DNA of 64,000 bases, taken from Micromonosporaceae bacterium (GTDB taxonomy: Bacteria; Actinomycetota; Actinomycetes; Mycobacteriales; Micromonosporaceae). The DNA is taken from positions 94-64,093 of the forward strand of contig DASRIS010000186.1 in assembly GCA_035649895.1 (NCBI GenBank). The letters are read 5' to 3'. Within the stretch, counting starts at the first letter, position 1. Each line of letters opens with the position of its first letter. Below are positions 56,994 through 64,000 of this stretch, in pieces. The notes under the pieces are model-generated. The model saw only the letters and a list, made by a program, of their open reading frames with translations. It did no database searches and was not told the origin of the DNA. Made by a program: the position numbers and the translations under genes.

Positions 56994-57704
56994 TCAGTGC
57001 GGGCGGCGGGCGACGGCGAAGACGGACTGGCCGAACGGTGGGCGCACCAGGGTCTCGGCCGCCTTGGTGACCGGCAGGACCAGGGTGTCGTACCACTTGA
57101 CCATCGGGCCCTCTTTGGGGGTGAGCTTGAACACTGAGGTGGCCATGTAGTAGCCGATGAGGCCCAGCGCGTTGGCGTAGTGAATCCGCTCGATGACCAT
57201 GCCGGCGTCGGTGAGCGCGGCGGACAGCGTCTTGCGGGTGTAGCGGCGCACGTGACCGGTTGCGACGTCCACCGGCCCGAGGGCGAACGGGAACGCGGGG
57301 ACGATCAGCACCACCGCACCGCCGGGGCGCACCAGGCGGGCCATGCTGCGCAGCGCGGTGACATCGTCGTCGATATGCTCAAGCACGTTGTACGACACGG
57401 CCGCGGTGTGGTTGCCCTCCTCGCTGGTTGGCAGCAGCATCTGCCGGACCTCGATGCCCGGGTACGGCGACAGCCGCTCCTTCAGCGCGAGCAGCCGGTC
57501 GTGGTCGGCCTCGGTGGCCGTGAACCGCGGAACGCGTTCGGCCCACTCCAGCGCGTAGTCGCCGAGGCCGCTGCCGATCTCGATCGGGTCATCGCCCAGG
57601 TACGGCACCGCAAGCTCCACAAACCATCGACGGTGGTTGACTGCGGTGGCCAACCCCTCGAGCACCTCGGACTGGATCTGCTGGTCGCCGTTGATGTCTG
57701 CCAT
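56994..57704 (-). CDS. Class I SAM-dependent methyltransferase
   Basis: IEIGSGLGDYALEWA (motif I), VSYNVLEHIDDD, PGGAVVLIVP. The start is uncertain (57704 ATG or 57776 TTG). Confidence 0.75.
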   Translation of the reverse strand: MADINGDQQIQSEVLEGLATAVNHRRWFVELAVPYLGDDPIEIGSGLGDYALEWAERVPRFTATEADHDRLLALKERLSPYPGIEVRQMLLPTSEEGNHTAAVSYNVLEHIDDDVTALRSMARLVRPGGAVVLIVPAFPFALGPVDVATGHVRRYTRKTLSAALTDAGMVIERIHYANALGLIGYYMATSVFKLTPKEGPMVKWYDTLVLPVTKAAETLVRPPFGQSVFAVARRPH

Positions 57705-57839
57705 AGCCTCGGATTCCGCCTCGTGCCGCGGGAGCCCGACCACCACCCGGGCGGGGACCCAGCGATAGTACGACAAGATCGTCTAATTGTCGCCCCGGCC
57801 TGGTGCCCCCGCAGGCCGTGCCCTGGTTAGGCTGTCGGG

Positions 57840-58964
57840 GTGGACGGCGCCGACCTCTACCCACCGGAGCGCCTCGACGCGGCCCAGCGGGCCACTGCGG
57901 CGGCTGGCCTGGACGCGCTGCTCATACCGCCGAGTGCAGACCTACGTTACCTGACCGGCTACCACGCGCACGCGCTGGAGCGGCTCACCCTGCTGGTGCT
58001 GCCGGCGCAGGGGGAGCCGACGCTGGTCGTGCCGCGGCTGGAGCGGCCCGCGGCCGAGGCCTCGCCCGCCCCGGCCACCGGCGTACGCATCGTGGACCAC
58101 GCCGACGGCACCGACCCGTACCCGCTGGTTGTCGCCGCGCTCGGCGGCGCCGGTGCTGGCGCGGGAGTGCTGGGGCTGGGCAACCGGATGTGGGCCGAGC
58201 AGGTGCTGGCGCTGCGGGAGGCGCTGCCCGGCGCCCGGCAGCGGCTGGCCGGGCAGGTGCTGCGCGGGCTGCGGATGCGTAAGTCACCGGCTGAGGTGGC
58301 GGCCCTGCGCGAGGCGGGCGCGGCGATCGACACGGTGCACTCGCGGATGGGCCAGTGGCTGCTCCCGGGCCGCACCGAGGCGGAGGTTGCCGCGGACATC
58401 GCCGGCGCGATCCGCGACGCCGGACACTCCACAGTGGACTTCGTGGTCGTGGCATCCGGGCCGAACGGGGCGAGCCCGCACCACGGGACCTCCGACCGCG
58501 TGGTGGAGGCCGGCGACCCGGTGGTGGTGGACATCGGCGGCACCATGCCGTCGGGCTACTGCTCCGACTCCACCCGCACCTACCTGGCCGGCGGCCCGGC
58601 GCCGGCCGGCTTCACGGCGTACTACGCGGCGCTGCGCGAGGCCCAGGCAGCGGCGGTGGCCGCGGTGCGCCCGGGGGTCACCTGCGCGGCCGTGGACGCC
58701 GTCGCCCGCGACCTGCTCACCGAGGCCGGGTACGGCGAGGCGTTCCTGCACCGCACCGGGCACGGCATCGGGCTCGACGGCCACGAGGACCCGTACCTGG
58801 TGGCAGGCAACGACCTGCCGCTCGAGCCGGGGATGACCTTCTCCATCGAGCCGGGTGTCTACCTGGCCGGCCGGCACGGCGCCCGGATCGAGGACATCGT
58901 CGCCTGCACGGAGACCGGCGTGGAGCGGCTCAACACGGTCTCCACCGAGCTGGTCACGCTCTGA
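57840..58964 (+). CDS. M24-family Xaa-Pro dipeptidase (PepE/PepQ-like; Rv2089c position)
   Basis: VVVDIGG, HRTGHGIGLDGHEDPY, FSIEPGVY and ARIEDIV metal-ligand motifs. Confidence 0.85.
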   Translation: MDGADLYPPERLDAAQRATAAAGLDALLIPPSADLRYLTGYHAHALERLTLLVLPAQGEPTLVVPRLERPAAEASPAPATGVRIVDHADGTDPYPLVVAALGGAGAGAGVLGLGNRMWAEQVLALREALPGARQRLAGQVLRGLRMRKSPAEVAALREAGAAIDTVHSRMGQWLLPGRTEAEVAADIAGAIRDAGHSTVDFVVVASGPNGASPHHGTSDRVVEAGDPVVVDIGGTMPSGYCSDSTRTYLAGGPAPAGFTAYYAALREAQAAAVAAVRPGVTCAAVDAVARDLLTEAGYGEAFLHRTGHGIGLDGHEDPYLVAGNDLPLEPGMTFSIEPGVYLAGRHGARIEDIVACTETGVERLNTVSTELVTL

Positions 58965-59012
58965 CGCACCCGCGGCGGCTGCGTGGCACCGCCAGCCAGC
59001 CAGCGCCGCCGG

Positions 59013-59297
59013 TCAGATGGTCAGGTGCACTCCGAGTACGTCCTTGATGTGCGCCGGTCCGGACCTGTCGAGCTGCTTGGTGCCCGTCTTGACCTGGTGC
59101 AACGCGGTGCCGAGGCGGCCCGGTGCGGACTCGTAGACCTGCTGCGCACTGCCCCGGAAGATGGCCAGCTTGTTGGAGCGCTCAGCGAGGCCGACCAGGT
59201 GCGCGCCGATCAGCTTCTGGCACGAGGCGCACGGGGTGAGGTTCTCCGTACCGGTCGCTCCTCCCCGGTGGGCACCGTCCGCCGGCCCATCGACCAA
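59013..59297 (-). CDS. Small hypothetical protein with a PCASC motif
   Basis: Strong G/C third-position bias across 59013-59297. No SD. Candidate TTG 59297 or GTG 59336. No family recognised. Confidence 0.4.
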   Translation of the reverse strand: MVDGPADGAHRGGATGTENLTPCASCQKLIGAHLVGLAERSNKLAIFRGSAQQVYESAPGRLGTALHQVKTGTKQLDRSGPAHIKDVLGVHLTI

Positions 59298-59358
59298 CGT
59301 GTAAATATCTGGGTACGCTGGGCTGCCGGCCCGCACCGGCCCCGAAGGGAGCGCGACA

Positions 59359-60267
59359 GTGTCCGTGCTGTACGTGACGGACCTGGACGGGACCCTGCTC
59401 GACCGCACAGACCGGGTAGCCCCCGAGACGGTGGAGATCGTCAACAGTCTCGTCGCGGAGGGGCTGTGGTTCACGGTCGCTACCGCACGGGCGCCGCGGT
59501 CCGCGTTGCCACTGCTGGCCGGGCTGGACCTCCGGCTGCCGCTGGTGTTCATGAACGGCGCGCTCATCATCGACCCGGCCAGTGGCCAGACGGTCAGCCG
59601 CAACGTGCTGGCCGCCGGGTCCGCCCGGCGCGTCCTGGACCGCTACCTCGCCCACGGCCTGCGCCCCTTCGTGCACACCCTGGGCCCAGCTGGCGAGCAG
59701 CGCGTCCACTACCAAGGGATCGGTAACGCGTGCGAGGAGGAGTACCTCAGCTCGCGCCTGGCGGCCGGGGACGACCGGTTCCGCCTGGTGCGTGACTTCG
59801 ACGCGGCGCTCGACGAGGCGGTCCTGTCCCTGAACGTCATGGACCACCTGCACCGGCTGGACCCGCTCGCCCAGGCGCTCGGCGCTGACCCGGACGTCTT
59901 CACCCACTTCGGACCGTCGATCCGCCGGCCCAGCTTCGCCTGGCTGGAGGTCTGCCACCCCCGTTCCAACAAGGGCGAGGCGGTGCGGTTCGTCAAGGAG
60001 CACGTCGGCGCCGACCGGCTCGTCTGCTTCGGTGACAACACCAACGACGTGGAGATGTTCGTCGCCGCCGACGAGAGCTACGCGGTGGCCAACGCCCACC
60101 CGAGGACCAGGAGCGCGGCGAGCGGTGTCATCGGGGCCAACGACGCGCACGGCGTCGCGGTCTACCTGCAGACGGCGGTACGGCAGGCACGGGCTGCGCC
60201 GGGCGCTGTCACGCGGTCCGGCCGGGCAGCCTGTTCAGCATCCACCGGTGACCGAACGGGTCAATGA
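59359..60267 (+). CDS. Cof-type HAD-IIB phosphatase
   Basis: LYVTDLDGTLLD (motif I), TVATAR, FGDNTNDVEMF (motif IV). AAGGGAG SD plus GTG. Confidence 0.8.
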   Translation: MSVLYVTDLDGTLLDRTDRVAPETVEIVNSLVAEGLWFTVATARAPRSALPLLAGLDLRLPLVFMNGALIIDPASGQTVSRNVLAAGSARRVLDRYLAHGLRPFVHTLGPAGEQRVHYQGIGNACEEEYLSSRLAAGDDRFRLVRDFDAALDEAVLSLNVMDHLHRLDPLAQALGADPDVFTHFGPSIRRPSFAWLEVCHPRSNKGEAVRFVKEHVGADRLVCFGDNTNDVEMFVAADESYAVANAHPRTRSAASGVIGANDAHGVAVYLQTAVRQARAAPGAVTRSGRAACSASTGDRTGQ

Positions 60268-60649
60268 CCACGGCGACGCGGCCGTACGGCTGGTCGACCG
60301 GCTCGCGCTCCACCTCGGCGCCGTGCTCGCGGGCCCGGCGGACCGTGGCGTCCACGTCGTCGACCTGCGCGTGGATGGTGTGGCTGAAGGTGCGCCCGGC
60401 CCCAGTGGCGGCGGGTGGCTGCACCGGCACCTCCGTGCTGCCCTCGGAGATCATGAGCACGCCGTCGCCGAGGCCGACCTCGGCGTGGCCGATCGAGCCG
60501 TCCGGCATCACGTACGGCTCGCCCCGCCGGTGCGCGCCGAGGACGTCCACGTACCAGTCGATCGCGCGCCGGGCGTCGTGCACCGCGATGTAGGGCGTCA
60601 GCGCCGGCGGCCACGCGATGCCGGCGTCACTGCTGGCTGTCTCGGTCAT
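60209..60649 (-). CDS. VOC/glyoxalase-fold protein (PhnB-like)
   Basis: GGAGGAG SD plus ATG 60649. LTPYIAVHDARRAIDWYVDVLGA, GHAEV, DPFGHRWML. Confidence 0.8.
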   Translation of the reverse strand: MTETASSDAGIAWPPALTPYIAVHDARRAIDWYVDVLGAHRRGEPYVMPDGSIGHAEVGLGDGVLMISEGSTEVPVQPPAATGAGRTFSHTIHAQVDDVDATVRRAREHGAEVEREPVDQPYGRVAVVIDPFGHRWMLNRLPGRTA

Positions 60650-60704
60650 CTCTCCTCCAGGTGCCTCTCTGCCCGACCTTACGACCATCGCCGACAACGG
60701 TCGC

Positions 60705-60731
60705 GGTACCAGACAGACCGGTACCAGACAG
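60705..60731. promoter_or_regulatory. Direct repeat GGTACCAGACAG x2 (15-nt period) in the VOC / ABC-exporter intergenic region
   Basis: GGTACCAGACAG occurs at 60705-60716 and 60720-60731, about 200 nt upstream of GTG 60927. Confidence 0.3.
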
Positions 60732-60926
60732 GGAGGCCAGGACTGCCGCTACGGCACGGTCTGGCTCGCTCTCGGCCAGCATCGGCGCCGGGACCGGGCA
60801 AGGTGGCTCGCCGTCTACCCGGCGATGCTCGCCCCGGTCGTGGTGGACATTCGGGCCGGGTGCCAGCCGGCTGCAAGCGGGCCGGTGTAGATCTGGTGGA
60901 AAACGACCATCGACGAGGAGGGTGCA

Positions 60927-62972
60927 GTGTCGCAATCGTCTAGCAGGCGGATGCGAACGAGCGCCAGCAGGGGAGACCGGCGTGCCCGGCGGGGCGGGTC
61001 GGACGAGCAGCCGGAGAAGCCGGTATCGGCGCCGCCTGACGCTGCGTTCCCTGAGCTGATGGAAGAGCGGCCCACCGGTTCTGGATCGATGCGCCGGATG
61101 CCCCGGCTGTGCTGGACCGCCGTCTGTCTGGTGTGGGCCGCCGGTCGCCGCGAGTTTCTGGCCTCGTTGGTCCTGCGTGTCCTCACGGGCGGGCTTCTCG
61201 GCGCGATCCTGCTACTCGGCGGCGGCATGCTAGCCAGTGTGCTGGCCGCCGATCGGGGCACCGCCGGTCTCGGCGAGGCCGTGCCCCGAGTGGTGCCGTT
61301 GATGCTCGCCATCGCCCTTAGCGCAGTGTTCGGCGCCGTGTCCCGGGAGCTGCACACCATTCTCGGCGGGCTGGTCGAACGGTACACGCAGGAACAGGTG
61401 GTAGCGGTCACCGCGGCGGTGGAGCTGGAGGTGTTCGAGGCGCCGATCTTCCACGACCGGCTCCTCCGGGCCGCCACCGGTGGCCAGCAGCGCCCGACAC
61501 AGATCGTCGAGGGCCTGCTCGGACTGGTCGGCGCGGTGGTAGGTATCGTCGGGACAAGCGTTGCCTTGCTGGCCCTGCAACCGTGGCTGGTCCCAGTGAC
61601 GATCGTGGCTGCGGTACCGCTGCTGGTCGCAGTCACCAGGGGCGGCGAGATACTGTTCGGGTTCTCCTGGTCGGTAACCGCCATGGAGCGGGAACGGGCC
61701 TACCTGTACCACCTGCTCACCACGAAGGAGCCGGCCAAGGAGGTGCGCGCCTTTGGCTTGGGGAGCTTCCTGCGCGCCCGCCACGCCCAGCTGCATGCAG
61801 ACTACCTGGCCGACCTGAGGCGTACCGCGTGGCGGCGGCTGTGGGTGTCGTTGCGGGGGACCGTGCTGATGCTGCTGGTGTTGGGTGCCGCGATAACCGG
61901 ACTGCTGTGGCTGAGCGTCAGTGGCCGGATGGACCTGGCCGTGGCAGGCGTTGCCCTCGCCGCCACGGTCGTGTTCGCCGAGCGCCTCACCAATGGTGTC
62001 ATGAGCGCCGGCCGGCTCTACGAGGCGGCGCGCTTCATCGAGGACTTTACGTCGTTTGTTGCGCTGAAGGCGGTTGTCGAGGCGCGGCGAGCCCGCCGGG
62101 CCGCCCCGGCCGGCTTCTCGACGCTGCGCGTCGAGGGCGTGAGCTTCACGTACCCGGCCGGGCACCAACCCGCGCTGCGCGACGTCACGATGGAGATCGT
62201 CCGGGGACAGGTCGTGGCTCTGGTGGGGGAGAACGGGTCGGGAAAGACCACACTGGCGAAGCTGCTGTGCCGGCTGTATCGGCCGCAGCTCGGGCGCATC
62301 CTCTGGGACGGAGTCGACATCGCCGATGTGGACGCCGACGGGCTGCGCGACTCCGTCGCGGTGATCTTTCAAGACTTCGTTCGGTACGCGTTGACGGCAC
62401 GGACCAATATCGGCGTGGGTCGCCACATCCGGCTGGACGACGAGACCTCCGTCCTGACCGCGGCCAAGCACGCGGGCGCAGACCAGTTCCTGGCGGCGCT
62501 GCCAGCCGGGTACGACACGATTCTTAGCGCGGAGTACGAGGGTGGCAAGGACCTGTCCGTCGGTCAGTGGCAGCGGGTGGCCCTCGCCCGCGCGTTCTTC
62601 CGCGATGCTCCGTTCATCATTCTGGACGAACCGACGGCCGCGCTCGACGCCCGTGCTGAGCACGACCTGTTCGAGGCGATCAGGTCACTGTGCCACGGAC
62701 GGTCGGTGCTGCTGGTCTCGCACAGGTTCTCCAGTGTCCGCTCGGCCGACCACATATACGTCCTCGACGCCGGACGCATCATCGAACACGGCACCCACGA
62801 CGAGCTGATGACCTCGGCAGGCCGCTATGCCGAGCTGTTCACCCTGCAGGCATCGGCCTACCTGGCCCAGGGCGACGGACCCCGGCCGGACCGCTCCAAC
62901 GGCAACGGGGCCCAGAGCAGCGGATCTGGACCAGCATACTTTGGCCTGCGTCAAGACCCGGCCAGCCAGTAG
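60927..62972 (+). CDS. Fused TMD-NBD ABC exporter (type I exporter half-transporter)
   Basis: GAGGAGGG SD plus GTG. Six TM segments. Walker A GENGSGKTT, signature LSVGQWQRVALARA, Walker B FIILDEPTAALD. Confidence 0.85.
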   Translation: MSQSSSRRMRTSASRGDRRARRGGSDEQPEKPVSAPPDAAFPELMEERPTGSGSMRRMPRLCWTAVCLVWAAGRREFLASLVLRVLTGGLLGAILLLGGGMLASVLAADRGTAGLGEAVPRVVPLMLAIALSAVFGAVSRELHTILGGLVERYTQEQVVAVTAAVELEVFEAPIFHDRLLRAATGGQQRPTQIVEGLLGLVGAVVGIVGTSVALLALQPWLVPVTIVAAVPLLVAVTRGGEILFGFSWSVTAMERERAYLYHLLTTKEPAKEVRAFGLGSFLRARHAQLHADYLADLRRTAWRRLWVSLRGTVLMLLVLGAAITGLLWLSVSGRMDLAVAGVALAATVVFAERLTNGVMSAGRLYEAARFIEDFTSFVALKAVVEARRARRAAPAGFSTLRVEGVSFTYPAGHQPALRDVTMEIVRGQVVALVGENGSGKTTLAKLLCRLYRPQLGRILWDGVDIADVDADGLRDSVAVIFQDFVRYALTARTNIGVGRHIRLDDETSVLTAAKHAGADQFLAALPAGYDTILSAEYEGGKDLSVGQWQRVALARAFFRDAPFIILDEPTAALDARAEHDLFEAIRSLCHGRSVLLVSHRFSSVRSADHIYVLDAGRIIEHGTHDELMTSAGRYAELFTLQASAYLAQGDGPRPDRSNGNGAQSSGSGPAYFGLRQDPASQ

Positions 62973-63000
62973 GAGCAGACGACGACCGCGCTTCCGCCGG

Positions 63001-64000
63001 TCACCGCGGGTCGCCGGCCCGGGTTAGCGGCTCGTCAAGCGTCCTCAGCGCGTCGACTGACCTGGCCGCCCATCGAGATAGGCCGAGGTCGCGGAAGAGC
63101 GAGAGGCAGGTACGGTACAGCGACCGTACCTGTGTCTGGTTGTCGAGCGACCGGTGCAGCGACGCGAGATCGTACGTGGTGAAGGCAACGCCGACTGGGT
63201 CGTCCATCTCGCGGAACACGGCGAGGCCACACTGAAGACTCTTCAGCGCTGCGTCGGTGCTGCCCCGCTCACGTTCGGCCGCAGCCAGAGCGCGGCTGGC
63301 CATAGCGCCGCCACGCCAGTCGCCATGCTCACGGAAGACCCGGAGAGCGGCATCCAGATGCGCGGCGCTGTCGTCCACGCGCCCCTGTCCGCGTTCGGCA
63401 TATCCGAGGAAGAGCAGCGTGTACGCCTCCGACATCCAGTCACACTGGTCCCGGAAGACCGGAAGACACTGGTCGAGCGCGACTGTGGCCTCCGCATACC
63501 GGCCGTGTTGCTGGTACGCGAACCCCAGCGCACGTCGCGTGTACGCCAGCCACAGCTGGTCGCCCTTGTTGGCGAAGATGTCGCTCACCTGCGCGTAACA
63601 CTCGACGGCCTCGGGGAGCTGCTCCAGGGCGACCAGCACGCTGCCCATGCTGAACAGCGCCGCAGCCTGCCAGCCGAGGTGGCCGATGTCACGGAAGAGG
63701 CGCAGGCTCTCGCCCAGCGTATGGCGGGCGGCGTCCAGCCGGCCCTGTGCCCGGTATATGTTGCCCAGACCTGCCAACATCATCGAGCGCCAGCGGTGGT
63801 CGTCGAGCTCGTTGAGGATCGTGCTGCAGGCTTCCAGGTCCGCGACGACCGCACCCCACGGATCGGTCCTTCCGTGAAGGACGGCCGGCTCGCCGTCAAC
63901 GGTCAATGACAGCCGGTCGCCGGGGCGTTGGGCGGCGATGAGCGCCGCCTCCCTGGTCATCAACCAGTCGTCCCAGTGCGACCACAGCTCGAAAGACGTG
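63001..64000 (-). CDS. TPR-repeat protein, C-terminal part; the ORF continues beyond the window
   Basis: About seven 40-aa TPR-like units (e.g. GLGNIYRAQGRLDAARHTLGESLRLFRDIG). The frame stays open to nt 64000. Confidence 0.7.
   Translation of the reverse strand, partial: TSFELWSHWDDWLMTREAALIAAQRPGDRLSLTVDGEPAVLHGRTDPWGAVVADLEACSTILNELDDHRWRSMMLAGLGNIYRAQGRLDAARHTLGESLRLFRDIGHLGWQAAALFSMGSVLVALEQLPEAVECYAQVSDIFANKGDQLWLAYTRRALGFAYQQHGRYAEATVALDQCLPVFRDQCDWMSEAYTLLFLGYAERGQGRVDDSAAHLDAALRVFREHGDWRGGAMASRALAAAERERGSTDAALKSLQCGLAVFREMDDPVGVAFTTYDLASLHRSLDNQTQVRSLYRTCLSLFRDLGLSRWAARSVDALRTLDEPLTRAGDPR

Noticed and set aside
59013-59297. Small protein as a nucleotide deaminase or toxin domain because of the PCxxC motif
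   Set aside because: The obligatory upstream H(A/C)E zinc-ligand motif is absent. Only AHRGG lies at roughly that distance.

Overview
High-GC, densely coding actinobacterial chromosomal segment with many 1-8 nt start/stop overlaps. The conserved backbone is the Pup-proteasome neighbourhood. As I recall it, this is syntenic with M. tuberculosis Rv2124c-Rv2089c: metH (3' end), RecB-like nuclease, M50 protease, trmI, ferredoxin, arc/mpa, dop, pup, prcB, prcA, pafA, pafB, pafC, tatA, tatC, helY, 5'-3' exonuclease, M24 peptidase. Six accessory blocks interrupt it. (i) About 1-8.4 kb: an island with an XRE regulator, a two-gene NLR-like module (trypco2-like protein plus a trypsin-protease/STAND-NTPase/WD40 fusion with near-identical tandem WD40 units), a frameshifted DinB gene, a toxin-antitoxin-like pair, a frameshifted coiled-coil gene and an orphan duplicate of the ROK gene 3' end. 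(ii) A ROK-associated sugar ABC importer operon ending in a glucosylglycerate-hydrolase-like GH63 enzyme. (iii) A metallopeptidase/HAD pair and a two-component system plus FtsX/MacB-type ABC module. (iv) A DUF3866-like gene and small membrane proteins separating pafA from pafBC. (v) An ~11 kb Wzx/Wzy-type glycan cluster with a WbpB/WbpD/WbpE-like trio, inserted between the exonuclease and the M24 peptidase. (vi) An ABC exporter and a TPR protein at the right edge. I recognised no rRNA, tRNA, CRISPR array, transposase or integrase. The best candidate for an uncharacterised biological system is the trypco2-like + protease-STAND-WD40 pair at 2715-5783. All family assignments come from motif recognition by eye, not from database searches.
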